NCBI RefSeq assembly: GCF_004010195.1
Contig: NC_057720.1
Location: 9,403,164-9,435,243, forward strand
Reading direction: 5' to 3'
DNA length: 32,080 nucleotides
Origin: Chiloscyllium plagiosum
Taxonomy: Eukaryota
How positions within the stretch are numbered: position 1 is the first letter of the stretch; each line of letters begins with the position of its first letter. The notes beneath the pieces are model-generated. The model did not search any database. It saw only the letters and a program-made list of their open reading frames with translations, and was not told where the DNA came from. Shown in pieces: positions 10,797 through 21,689 of this stretch. The position numbers and the translations under genes are program-made.

Positions 10797-11327
10797 ATCA
10801 GAGAATCCCTACAATGCAGAAGCAAGCCATTCAGCTCATTGAGCCCACACCAGGCCTCTGAAGAGCATCTCACGTAGACCTACCCCCCTACCTTATCCCT
10901 GTGACCCTGCATTTCCCACAGCTAATCAACCTGGCCTGCACATTCCTGGACACTATGGCCAATCCGAGTCAAAACATTTGATGCTGGAAAAACACAGCTG
11001 GTCAGCTAGCATCCGAGGAGAAGGAGAGTCAACATTTCGAGCATAAGCCCTCCATCAGGAACAGCGACTCTTCTGCTCCTCAGATGTTGCCTGATGGGCT
11101 GTGTTTTTCCAGCACCACACTTTATGACTCTGATCTCCCATCCTCACTCTCTCCTACTATGGCCAATCCACCTCACCTGCACAGATTTGGACTGTGGGAG
11201 GGAAACCACACAGACACAGGGAGAATGTGCAAACTCCACACAGACAGTCGCCCGAAGCTGGAATCAAACCCGGGTCCCCTGACGCTGTGAGGCAGCAGTG
11301 CTAACCACTGAGCCACCGTGCTGCCCT
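10797..11327 (-). mobile_element. HE1-type SINE split by a PLE palindrome
   Basis: Tail and body at 10797-10965; remaining body and head at 11156-11327. Confidence 0.85.
10966..11155. mobile_element. Palindromic PLE-derived element (family A) with 14-bp TSD
   Basis: Arms 'tgctggaaaaacacagc..gcatccgaggagaaggagagtc' and 'gactcttctgctcctcagatg..gctgtgtttttccagca'; TSD actatggccaatcc at 10952-10965 and 11156-11169. Confidence 0.85.
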
Positions 11328-11399
11328 AATGTGGGACAAAGTATCCAAAAATAAATATTGGGTGTTTGGATAAACAAACGCCAATAATCATAGGTGCCA

Positions 11400-11720
11400 T
11401 TAGATTAGATTCGATTAGATTAGATTCCCAACAGTATGCAAACAGGCCAAATGGCCCAACAACCCTCCAAAGAGTAAGCCATCCAGATCCACTTCCCTCT
11501 GACTAATGCACTTAACACTATGGCAATTTAGCATGGCCAATCCACCTAACCTGCACATCTTTGGATTGTGGGAGGAAACTGGAGCAAACCCACGCAGACA
11601 TGGGGAGAATGTGCAAACTCCACACAGTCGCCTGAGGCTGGAATCAAACTCAAATCCCTGGTGTTGTGAAGCTCAAATCCCTGGTGTTGTGAAGCTGTAA
11701 TGCTTACCACTGAGCCACTC
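11400..11720 (-). mobile_element. HE1-type SINE with 23-bp internal tandem duplication
   Basis: (tagat)n tail; ctcaaatccctggtgttgtgaag repeated at 11649-11671 and 11672-11694. Confidence 0.9.
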
Positions 11721-12229
11721 CTAATCTATATGCAAACTTAAAAAATCAGATGGGCTGTGGCAGCCAGTTCACAGAATGCTATTGAAATAGTTTCTTAGAG
11801 CAGCACATTCTGGAACTAACCAGAGAGTAGATTATATGAATGTTTATCATGACTAGATTACTGGTGACCTTAGAGTAAAGGCACATCCAGATTGCAGCCA
11901 GATCACATCTGGTTTGAAAGGGAGAAAGTTGGGTCTACAACTAGTACTATGAACTAAAAATAAGGGTAAATATGTGGCTCCAAGTCAGTTGAAGTTGGAA
12001 ATGATGAGTTTAACCTTTTATTTCTTCTTAGAGCAGATGAGATTCAGGTTATTTTGTTTAAAAATTTATTCATGCAAGCATGGGGAGATGTACATGTCAA
12101 GGAAATGGCATACAGCCCAAACATTTATTGTAAGGACAAAGGTTTTATTATATTTTTACAGTCAACAAGCTTCAATCAGTTATTCTTACAGATAATACTT
12201 TCCAATCAAAAGATCATTTATTAACTCAC

Positions 12230-12980
12230 TCAAATCAGCGAGGCTCGGTACAAACTGGAAGAACAGCACCCCATTTCCCCCTTGGGAACTCTACAGCCTT
12301 CTGGAATCAACACTCAGTTCAACAATATTAGGGCTTCAGGCAGTTTCTCTCATGTGCTTACCCCAATCCCCACACACACCAGGCCTTGTTATCACAAAGT
12401 CTGCTATTACACACAACCCATTGTGAGCCACTAACAGTCCCCATTAACAGCCATTCACCCTCCCAGCCAGATCGTTTGATTAGATTAGATTACCTACAGT
12501 GTCAAAACAGGCCCTTCAGCCCAACCAGTCCACAACAACCCCCTGAAGAGTAACCCACCCAGACCCATTTCCCTCTGACTAATGCACCTAACACTATGGT
12601 CAATTCACCTGACTTACACATCTGTGAGAGGAAAAACTTGAGGACATGGGGAGAACGTGCAAACTCCACACAGACAGTCACCCAAGGTTGGAATTAAATC
12701 TGGGACTGTAAGGCAGCAGTGCTAACCACTGAGCCACCGTGCCACCCTTTTGACCACTCCTTTGTCTGTCCAATGGCTCTTCCCTCTCTTTGGGCTCTAT
12801 ACCCACCTACCAGTTACTCCTTATCCTGTACCCCCACACTCTCTTCTGCATATAAACCGACACTTTTCCAGCTGCCATCAGTTCTGAGGAAGGGTCACCC
12901 GACCTAAAACATTAACTCTGATTTCTTTCCATGGATGCAGCCAGACCTGCTGAGATTTTCCAGCAGTTTCTGTTTTTGTT
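12230..12980 (+). mobile_element. PLE 3' fragment (family C), split by an HE1 SINE
   Basis: 'EARYKLEEQHP..LGTLQPSGINTQFNN' resembles the endonuclease end at 5790-5860; degenerate hammerhead 'agtt ctgagga a gggtc accc gacct aaaacatt aact' at 12880-12917. Confidence 0.7.
12477..12746 (-). mobile_element. HE1-type SINE
   Basis: (gatta)n tail and head reverse complement 'accactgagccaccgtgcc'. Confidence 0.9.
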
Positions 12981-13234
12981 TCAAATCATTATCCAACTGT
13001 GATTACACAATTCACATTTCAAGTTCGTGCACATTTCAAGTTAGTGCACACAATTATATCATGTTCAAATTAATACATGTCTTATCATTCAGTTATATTA
13101 TGACATTCTCATATCTCCTAGCTGTAGTTGTGCTTGTGATTACAGTGAAATTATACTGTTTCTTTTTACTCCCAGTTATGAAGCCTCAAACTCTTACAAT
13201 TTATATCAAATACTGAAATGAAGGGAGTGACGTC

Positions 13235-14115
13235 ATGGAGCTAAATTCACAGATGACACAAAAATAAGTCAGCAAGTATGTTGTGAAGAAGACATAAGGG
13301 GTTTGCAGATGGATATAGATAGGCTGAGTGAGTGGGCAAAGATCTGGCAGAGGACGTATAATGCAGGAAAATATTTAGTTTTCTTCACTTTGGCAGAAAG
13401 AATAAGAAAAAAAACAGAAGAATATTACTTAAACATAGGCTGCAAGTCCAAGATGCAGAGGGATCTAAGTTGTCGCAGGATGTTAATGTGCAGGTACAGC
13501 ATGTAATCGGGAAGGATAATGGAATATTGTCCTCCATTACCAGAAGAACTGAACAAAATGATAAGGATGTTATGCATCAGTTATACAGGGGATTGTTGAG
13601 AACACTCCTCAAACACTGTGATTAATCTTGGCCTCCGCATATGAAAAAAGATGCAAATGCGTTGGAGGCATGAAACAGGATGTTCACCATATTGATAGCC
13701 GAAATGATTGGGTTATGTTATGAGGAGATCAGGATTAGAAGTGTGAGGGGTGACTTGATTGGACTGAATAACATCTTAAATTGCCTTGACGAAGTGGACA
13801 TGGAAAGGATATTTCCCCCTGTGGCTGAATCAAGAACAGCTGGGGGGAGGGAGCACTGTTTTAAAATTAGGAGACCCCTTTTCGGGACAGAGATGTAGAG
13901 AATGCTTTTTTCTCTCAGAGGGCTGGACAACTTTGAACCCTCTGCCTCAGCAGTGTCATTGAATATCATTAAGGGGGAGGTAGACAGACTTTTGTCAGGC
14001 AGAGGATTCAAGGGTTATTGAGGGTAGATAGGAATGTGGAGTTTGAAACACGAGTAGATCAGATTAATTCAATTAATTCAATGACAGAGTAAGCCAAATG
14101 GCCGACAGCTGTTTA
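13235..14115 (+). mobile_element. Degenerate CR1 ORF2 3' half and tail
   Basis: 'KFTDDTKI..LQMDIDRLSEWAKIWQ' (RT region) and 'VRGDLI..ILNCLDEVDMERIFP'. Confidence 0.85.
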
Positions 14116-14363
14116 TATTTCCATCTCAGCATTATTAACAACTTTTCCATCACTGAATCCCCCACAATCAAAATCTTGTGGTTTACCATTAACAAGAAAC
14201 TCAATTGGTCTAGCCATGTAAATATAATACAGAACAGACAACAAGACGGGGAACCTATCAACAAAGACTGCATACTCAAACTACTGGACTTGTGCCTCAC
14301 AACACACTTCACATTAAACAACCAAATATATGAACAAATCAACGGCACACCCATGGGCTCACC

Positions 14364-14495
14364 TTCATTCCTGAAGAAGGGCTTATGCCCGAAACGTCGA
14401 TTCTCCTGCTCCTTGGATGCTGCCTGACCTGCTGCGCTTTTCCAGCAACACATTTTCAGCTCTGATCTCCAGCATCTGCAGTCCTCACTTTCTCC
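14364..14495 (+). mobile_element. Short family-A PLE 3'-end monomer inserted in the Poseidon RT PMGSP motif
   Basis: Matches 6290-6370 and the reverse complement of 31722-31855; removing it restores GTPMGSPISGL. Confidence 0.9.
14367..14402 (+). ncRNA. Minimal type I hammerhead ribozyme motif (family A)
   Basis: CTGAAGA-A-GGGC(TTAT)GCCC-GAAAC-GTC; palindromic ACGT in place of stem III; weak stem I ATTC/GATT. Confidence 0.7.
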
Positions 14496-15542
14496 TCTCC
14501 CATCTCCGGACTCATAGCAGAAGCGGTAATGCAAAGATTAGAACAAACAGTCTTACCGCAAATTCAACCCAAACTCTGGGTCAGATATGTGGATGACACC
14601 TTTGTAATCATTAAAAACACAGAAATAGAGAAAACACACCGGATCATCAACGCCACACTCACAGGAATCCGATTCACTAGAGAGGAAGAAAAGGACAACC
14701 AACTCCCATTACTAGACGTGATGGTACAGAGAACACCGAATTTACCACAAAGGTATACAGGAAAGCCACACACACAGACCAAGTCCTGAACTACGAAAGT
14801 AACCACCCCAACACATACAAAAGAAGTTGCGTCAAGACACTGTTCAAAAGGGCCACAACACACTGCAGTACACCAGAACTGCAAAAAGAAGAAGAAGAAC
14901 ACCTCTACAATGTATTCGCCAAAAACGGATACTCCCGCAATTTCATCAACAGATGCCTAAGGGAAAGACAACGGAATGAGGACATGCCACAACTCAAAGG
15001 ACTAGCCACGTTACCATACATCAAGAACATTTCTGAACTGACAGCCACTATGACCACTAGGAGTCATAATAGCACACAAACCAACAGCCACTCTCAGACA
15101 ACAACTCACCAGGACAAAGGACCCGATACCCAGCATGAGCAAAACCAATGTAGTGTACAAAATCCCATGCAAGGACTGCACAAAACACTACATAGGACAA
15201 ACAGGAAGACAACTAACGATCCGCATCCATAAACACCAACTAGCCACGAAACGACACGACCAGCTATCCTTAGTAGCCACACATGCAGATGACAAGCAAC
15301 ATGAGTTCGACTGGGACAACACTACTATTATAGGACAAGCCAAACAGAGAACAGCCAGGGAATTCCTAGAGGCATGGCATTCATCCACAGATTCTATCAA
15401 CAAATACATCGACCTGGACCCAATATACCGACCACTGCAACAGAGCAACGGACAGCTGGATCTGACAACCGGAAGTGGCGGAGACAAACCACTATAAATG
15501 CCGGAGGAAACAACACAGAAGCGCTTCACAGGAGGCTCCCAA

Positions 15543-15582
15543 GCACTGAGGATGTCACCGAGACAGGGGACGAAACGTCTGC
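15543..15582 (+). ncRNA. Minimal type I hammerhead ribozyme motif in the Poseidon 3' end
   Basis: GCA-CTGAGGA-T-GTCACC(GAGACA)GGGGAC-GAAAC-GTC-TGC; stem I GCA/TGC, stem II 5 of 6 pairs. Confidence 0.8.
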
Positions 15583-16220
15583 AACACAAATTCCTAGCTC
15601 GGCGAACAGAACCACAACATATAATTGCAACTACAAGAGCAGATCAGAGGCTAGGAATACTGCAGCAAATAACTAATCTTCTAACTTTCCAAAGTCTGTC
15701 CACCATCTACAAAGTACAAGTCAGGAGTGTGATGGAATACTCCCCACTTACCTGGATGCATGCAGCTCCAACAACACTCAAGAAGCTTGACATCATCCAG
15801 GCCAAAGCAGCCCTCTTAATTAGTACCACATTCACAAGCATCTCGTCCCTGCACCACTGATGCTCAGTAGTAGCAGTGTGCACCATCTACAAGATGCCCC
15901 TCAGAAATTCACAAGAGATCCTCAGACAGCACCTTCCAAACCCATGACCAGTTCCATCTAGAAGGACAAAGACAGCAGATACATGGGAACACCATCATCT
16001 GTAAGATCCACTCCAAGCCTCTTACCACCCTGACTTGGAAATATGTCACCATTCCTTCTGTGGCTCTGTATCAAATCCTGGAATTCCCACCCTAAACAGG
16101 TCAACATACAGCACATGGACTGCAGTGTTTGAGAAGGCAGCTCACCGCCACCTTCTCAAAGGCAACTCAGGATGGGCAATCAACACTGGCCCAGCCAGCA
16201 ACGCCCACATCATACAATGA

Positions 16221-17270
16221 GAGTCAGAGTTATAGAGATGTACAGCACAGAAACAGACCATTCAGGTCCAACTTGTCCATGCCAACCAGACATCCTAAAT
16301 TAATCTAGTCCCATCTGCCAGCACTTGGCCCATAACCCTCCAAACCCTTCCTATTCATATACTCATCCAGATACCTTTTAAATATTGTAATTTCCAGCCT
16401 CCACCAATTCCTCTGGCAGCTCATTCCATACACACACCACCCTTTGCATGAAAAGGTTGCCCCTTAGGTCCCTTTTAAATCTTTCCCTTNNNNNNNNNNN
16501 NNNNNNNNNNNNNNNNNNNNNNNNNNNNNCAGCCTCCACCAATTCCTCTGGCAGCTCACTCTATACACACACTACCCTCTGCATGAAAGGGTTGCCCTTT
16601 AGGTCTCTTTTAAATCTTTCCCCTCTCACCCTAAACCTATGCCCTCTAGGTTTGCACTACCCCACCCTCAGAGAAAAATCTTGTCTATTTATCTTATCCA
16701 TGCCCCTCATGATTTTATAAATCTCTATAAGGTCACCCTTCATCCTCCGATGCTCCAGGGAAAACAGCCCCAGCCTATTCAGCTTCTCCCTATAGCTCAA
16801 ATCCTCCAACCCTGGCAACATCCTTGTAAATCTTTTCTGAACCCTTTTCAGTTTCACAACATCCAAAAAAACTTGCATGTTCAAATATATGCAGGACAAA
16901 GCAGGAATGAAATTATACAGCCTCCACCAATTCCTCTGGCAGCTCACTCTATACACACACTACCCTCTGCATGAAAGGGTTGCCCTTTAGGTCTCTTTTA
17001 AATCTTTCCCCTCTCACCCTAAACCTATGCCCTCTAGGTTTGCACTACCCCACCCTCAGGAAAAGACCTTGTCTATTTATCTTATCCATGCCCCTCATGA
17101 TTTTATAAACCTCAATAAGGTCACCTCTCAAACTCCAAAGCTCCAGGGAAAACAGCCCCAGACTATTCAGCCTCTCCCTGTAGCTCAAATCCTCCAACCC
17201 TGGCAACATCCTTGTAAATCCAAAAAAGAAAACTGCATGTTCAAATATATGCAGCACAAAACAGGAATGT
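16221..17270 (-). mobile_element. CR1 3' fragment with ~388-bp tandem duplication that includes flanking DNA
   Basis: Units start 'cagcctccaccaattcctctggcagctca' at 16395, 16530 and 16918; flank 'tgcatgttcaaatatatgcag' is repeated; 40-N gap at 16490-16529. Confidence 0.85.
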
Positions 17271-17814
17271 GATCTGACAGCAAGTGAATAGGATACCACT
17301 GTTTCAGTGAATGGTTGAACCAGTCAAATTACTTGAACCATTTAAGAAAAAGTTACTGATCCACAAATTCACCTCATCATTTATCTCTTGTCTAAACCTG
17401 ATAACTTTACTGCGGTTCAAAATTGCAGGAGCATAGAAACCATCGTATTCTATCGAATATACTTCCTAAGCACATATTAGTGAAATAGCTTCATTTTCCT
17501 CATTATGATGGCGACTCCATTTTCAAAAGAATTTCATTGCTTCAGGACGTCATGATCAGTGTGATAAGGATAAGCCTTTCCCCTTCCTTTTGTTTCTGAA
17601 GGATAAATGATTTCATCTCTTGACTTGCTACTGTTCTTCATATCCACTACACATGAGGAAAAAGAATCTTCAAATCTTCTGATTCATTTGAGTTTTGCTC
17701 ATTCTATCCTTATGCCCTTCTGTTATATCCTCATTGATCGAATATCATTAGCTTCTTTATATCTGCAGTCACACGTATTTGTGTACAGCGTGCTACAGGA
17801 GTATTTCTGACTAA

Positions 17815-17940
17815 GACAATTCTGAAAAAGGGTCAATGGACCCTTCTGTTTTTTTCTCCACAGATGTTGCCAGACCTGCTGAGCTTTTCCAGCTAATTCT
17901 GTTTTTCATTTCTGATTTCCAGCATCTACAATTCTGTTTT
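17815..17940 (+). mobile_element. Degenerate PLE 3'-end monomer (family C)
   Basis: 'ttctgaaaaagggtcaatggaccc..ccacagatgttgccagacctgctgagcttttccagc', as at 12880-12980. Confidence 0.65.
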
Positions 17941-18047
17941 TTAATGAAGTAGACCAATCCTGACAAAGAAACACATCTGCTAACTGTCCCTCAAACCCAA
18001 CAGCAAAGTGAAGGATGGTTTACTTTGTTTCCTCAAACAGATCTTAT

Positions 18048-18521
18048 TAAGTTGGAGAGGGTTCAGAAGTGATTTACCAGGATGCTGCCATTGGAGTTGG
18101 AGTTATAAGGAAAGGCTGGATAGGCTGGGACTTCTTTCACTGGAGTTTAAGAGGTTGAGAGGTGACCTAATAAAATGTCATAAAATCATGGGAATGAATG
18201 GTAGGTATCTAGAATGAGGGATTTCAAGACTCGGGTGTCACATTTTTAAGGTGAGAGGAGAAAGATTTAAAAAAGATATGCAGGGCAGATGTTTTACACA
18301 GAGGGTAATTCGAGTGTGGAATGAACTTCCTGAGGAAGTGGTGGATGTGGGCACAGTTACAATGTTTAAAAGACATTTGGATAGATACATGAATAGGAAG
18401 GATTTGGACGAATATGGGCCAAGTGCAAGCAAGTGGGACTAGTTTAGTTTGGGATTATGATCAGCATGGACTGGTTGGACCGAAGGGTCTGTTACTGAGC
18501 TGTATAACTTAATGACTCTAT
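18048..18521 (+). mobile_element. CR1 LINE 3' fragment
   Basis: 'SYKERLDRLGLLSLEFKRLRGDLI' and 'FTQRVIRVWNELPEEVV'; tail. Confidence 0.9.
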
Positions 18522-20019
18522 GCTTATGGGAAACAGAAAAATCCTGAGCATCTGAAAGACAAAAGTTCACATTATCTTGACTTTCAGACAGAATATTGTC
18601 CTTGTGTGGCCTCATAATTCTTTCGATGTTTTCTGTTTTATGCAGGAGGTGAGAGAAAAGGTACCTTAGGGATAACTGGACTGTGATAGTCAAGGGTTCA
18701 TAGCAATGTCCTTTTTGAGCTTTTGAAGTCAGCTTGTCCTAACATTGTGAAGCAGAAGCCACCACATATTGAAGTGTCCACTGACAGAAGTGAACTGGGT
18801 ACAATCCCACAAGAGACTGGCTGGTTTTACCCCAGTGTTGTTTCACCAAAATGCTGCTCAGTCTGAGAGAGACTGCACATTCAGACATGCAGTGCATGTT
18901 CTTGGCTGAGGAGTCAATGGTGCGAGACCACCATCTGTGGGAGTCTGACTTAATGGCTGTGTCTGAATCCCTCCTGGATATGACAGTAGCCTATCGCCTG
19001 TGATAGATGATTGCGATCAGCGTGCAGTGCTGTTCGGGGTTGGGGAACAGACGGACGATTTTATGTTCTGTGTCTCTGTTAAAGAAACACTCGCACTTTC
19101 CACCACCTCAAACTTTCCCAAAGCTCTTTCCAGACAATTAAGTACATTTTGAAATGTCACCACGGTTTTAACCTTGACTGAATCCATAATTTTAATTTGA
19201 TGACCACATATGTATCTATGCCTACTTTCTTCATACACTCTCAATCCTTGTTCTGTGGAGGTTTAAGGCAGATGACAGATTCCAAGGTAATGGTAAGCAT
19301 TGGCTTGAAGTCTTGCTTCGTCCATTTGCATTGTTTAAGGGTAATGAGGCTTGATCTTGGCTCATTAACGTCATTAATTGGCTAGTGTGTGAGTAAAATT
19401 TGATCAGCTGCCAAAGTTCAACTGGTGGATTTAATCCTGAGCCACTGCATGAATACAAAGAAGCAATTTGATGAATTTACTTGCACATTACATTGCAGAA
19501 CACCTCTATTACCCTACCAAGTGGAAAATCAAGCCTGCAAATCTTTATAAACTGCAGCAGAATGGTGATTAGCTCATATATCTGTAACATGGAAGCATTG
19601 GATCCATACTAAAGTATTTTGTAAATGCCGCATGAGTTGTGAGGTACCAAGCTGTGAACGAGAAACATCAGTTATATTATAGACTATCCCAAAGGTGTGA
19701 TTTCCGATCACTGCTTTTAATGCCAGGAATTTAAAACCACTTAAAACATTTGTCAACTTGCATTTTGGATGTAAAGTTGCCTTTTCATCGTCGTTCCTTC
19801 AGCAGTTAGTTTGATCAAGGCAGCCTGGAGCTGAGCTACTCAGAACACAAGGTTGCAGCTTCAATTCATTGTCCTTCTCCAAGGGATGCCTCAACCAACT
19901 CCCAGGAACCAGTGTAAGTATATACCACTGAAGAGTTGCTCAGTTCCCTGGTGTTTGTCTGAGAAAGAACGCTGAGGCTTCAAGTTCCACTCTTGGAGAC
20001 TGAGCATCAAACATAGTCA

Positions 20020-20460
20020 GATCATAGAAGCCAGTGGAACCAGACCATTGAGTCCACACTGACCTTCCAAAATCAGAAGTCACACGACACCAGGTTATCG
20101 TCCAACAGGTTTATTTGAAATCACAAGCTTTCAGAGCTTGTTAGGCGAAGTCACCCTAAAAGTGGAGCTGACATCATCTGATAAAGGAGCAGCACTCTGA
20201 AAGCTTGTGATTTCAAATATACTTGTTGGGCTATAACCTGGTGTCATGTGACTTCTGATTTGCCCAATCCAGGCACCTCCACATCATGGACACTCCTAAG
20301 AGCATCCCACCTACATCCATATTGTTAGATTGTGGGGGGAAACCAATGCAGACACGGGAAGAATGTGCAAAATCCACACAGACAGTTTCCCAAGGCTGGA
20401 ATTCGACACACTTCCCTGGCACTAGGAAGCAGCAGTGCTGACCACTCAGCCACCATGCCA
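20020..20460 (-). mobile_element. HE1-type SINE split by a PLE palindrome
   Basis: Tail ~20020-20070; body and head ~20297-20460. Confidence 0.7.
20070..20290. mobile_element. Palindromic PLE-derived element (family B)
   Basis: Arms 'aatcagaagtcacacgacaccaggttat..tttgaaatcacaagctttcagag' and 'ctctgaaagcttgtgatttcaaa..ataacctggtgtcatgtgacttctgatt'; hammerhead remnant at 20178-20210. Confidence 0.8.
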
Positions 20461-20624
20461 GATGTACAACATACCTCGTCCCTGCCAACCAATTCCTGTT
20501 GAAGTGCAATTATTGCAAGAATTCAGATGAATGCAGTGGCAACGTCCTTCGAAGTAAGTGAAGTCTGCACAAATAGCAATGACTGTATCTGTTTTCACTG
20601 AGAGGTAAATGAAAGATAGTCCTT

Positions 20625-20808
20625 TGGTGTCACTGGGTCAAAATCCTGGAATTCCCTCCCAAGGCAGCATTGTGGGTCAACCTGCAGCACATGGACTGCA
20701 GCGGTTCAAGAGGGCAGCTCACCACTACCCTCTCAAGGGGCAACTAGGGACGGGCAGTAAGTCCTTGCCAAATTAGCAATGCCCACTTCCCATGAATGAC
20801 TTAAAAAA
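20625..20808 (+). mobile_element. LINE 3' tail (family of 15626-16220)
   Basis: 'cacatggactgcagcggttcaagagggcagctcaccactaccctctcaagggg'. Confidence 0.75.
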
Positions 20809-21321
20809 TAATTATTGGTCAGGAATCCTGGATGACTTTCGCCCCACTCCTTAATGTTGTGCCAGGGTATCCTGACTAGCTGTTTGCATTGGTAAATGGG
20901 ACTCCAGTTTGACAGACAGTGCCTCTGACTGTGTAACACTCACATTCATCCAATGGTTGGGGAAGAATTCCACCTCCTTCAGTGTGCAGTAGCCAAGGGT
21001 TCAATTTTGCTGCTCGCTTCAAGACCCTTTTTTCAGGAATCAGTCCAAATGGCGACTCTGAGCCCACGCTCGGTGGCATTGCAAGTGGTTGACTAATTGT
21101 GCCAGCCTTCTGAATTCCCACCACTTGGATATATAGTGCAGAAACAGGCCATTTGGCCCAACCAGTCCATGTCAGTGTTTTATCGAGCATCATCCTATCT
21201 GAACCGATCATTGTCACCCTTTGTCCTCAACTGCTTGTTAGATTTTTCATTAAATTCACCCACACTGTTAGCTTCAACCGCTGACTGTGGTCAGGAGCAT
21301 ACTGTTTAATTTTGTTTATTT

Positions 21322-21615
21322 GATTAGATTACTTACAGTGTGGAAACAGGCGCTTCGGCCCAACAAGTCCACACCAACTCTCTGAAGAGCAATTCCCCTA
21401 CATTTACCTCTTCACCTAACACTACAGGCAATTTAGCATGGCCAAATCACCTAACTTGCATATTTTTGGACTGTAGGAGGAAACCGGAGCACCCGGAGGA
21501 AACCCACGCAGACACGGGAAGAATGTGCAAACTCCACAACAACAGTTGCCTGAGGCGGGAATTGAACCTAGGTCTCTGGCACTGTGAGTGCAGCAGTGCT
21601 AACCACTGTGCCATC
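21322..21615 (-). mobile_element. HE1-type SINE
   Basis: Reverse-complement match to the family across its length. Confidence 0.9.
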
Positions 21616-21689
21616 CTCACTGGACTTGATTGGTTAGGCCTAGGTGTTGACTCAGAGCAATGTAAACAGATCCCACAAAAGCTACATGA

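Larger units (their letters stand above)
14229..15618 (+). mobile_element. 5'-truncated Poseidon-like PLE (RT + GIY-YIG + hammerhead) with 7-bp TSD
   Basis: 'YEQINGTPMGSP|ISGLIAEAVMQRLEQ..LWVRYVDDTF..EEEKDNQLPLLDV'; 'NVVYKIPCKDCTKHYIGQTGRQLTIRIHKH..AREFLEAWHS..SINK'; frameshifted; TSD atataat at 14222-14228 and 15619-15625. Confidence 0.92.
14116..16220 (+). mobile_element. L2/CR1-superfamily LINE 3' portion split by a PLE (pieces 14116-14228 and 15619-16220)
   Basis: 'ITESPTIKILWFTINKKLNWSSHVNII' continues after the insertion as 'RADQRLGILQ..LSTIYKVQVRSVMEYSPLTW..LKKLDIIQAKA'. Confidence 0.85.

Noticed and set aside
11400..11427. (tagat)n repeats as independent microsatellites or CRISPR-like repeats
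   Set aside because: They are HE1 SINE 3' tails; there is no repeat-spacer structure.
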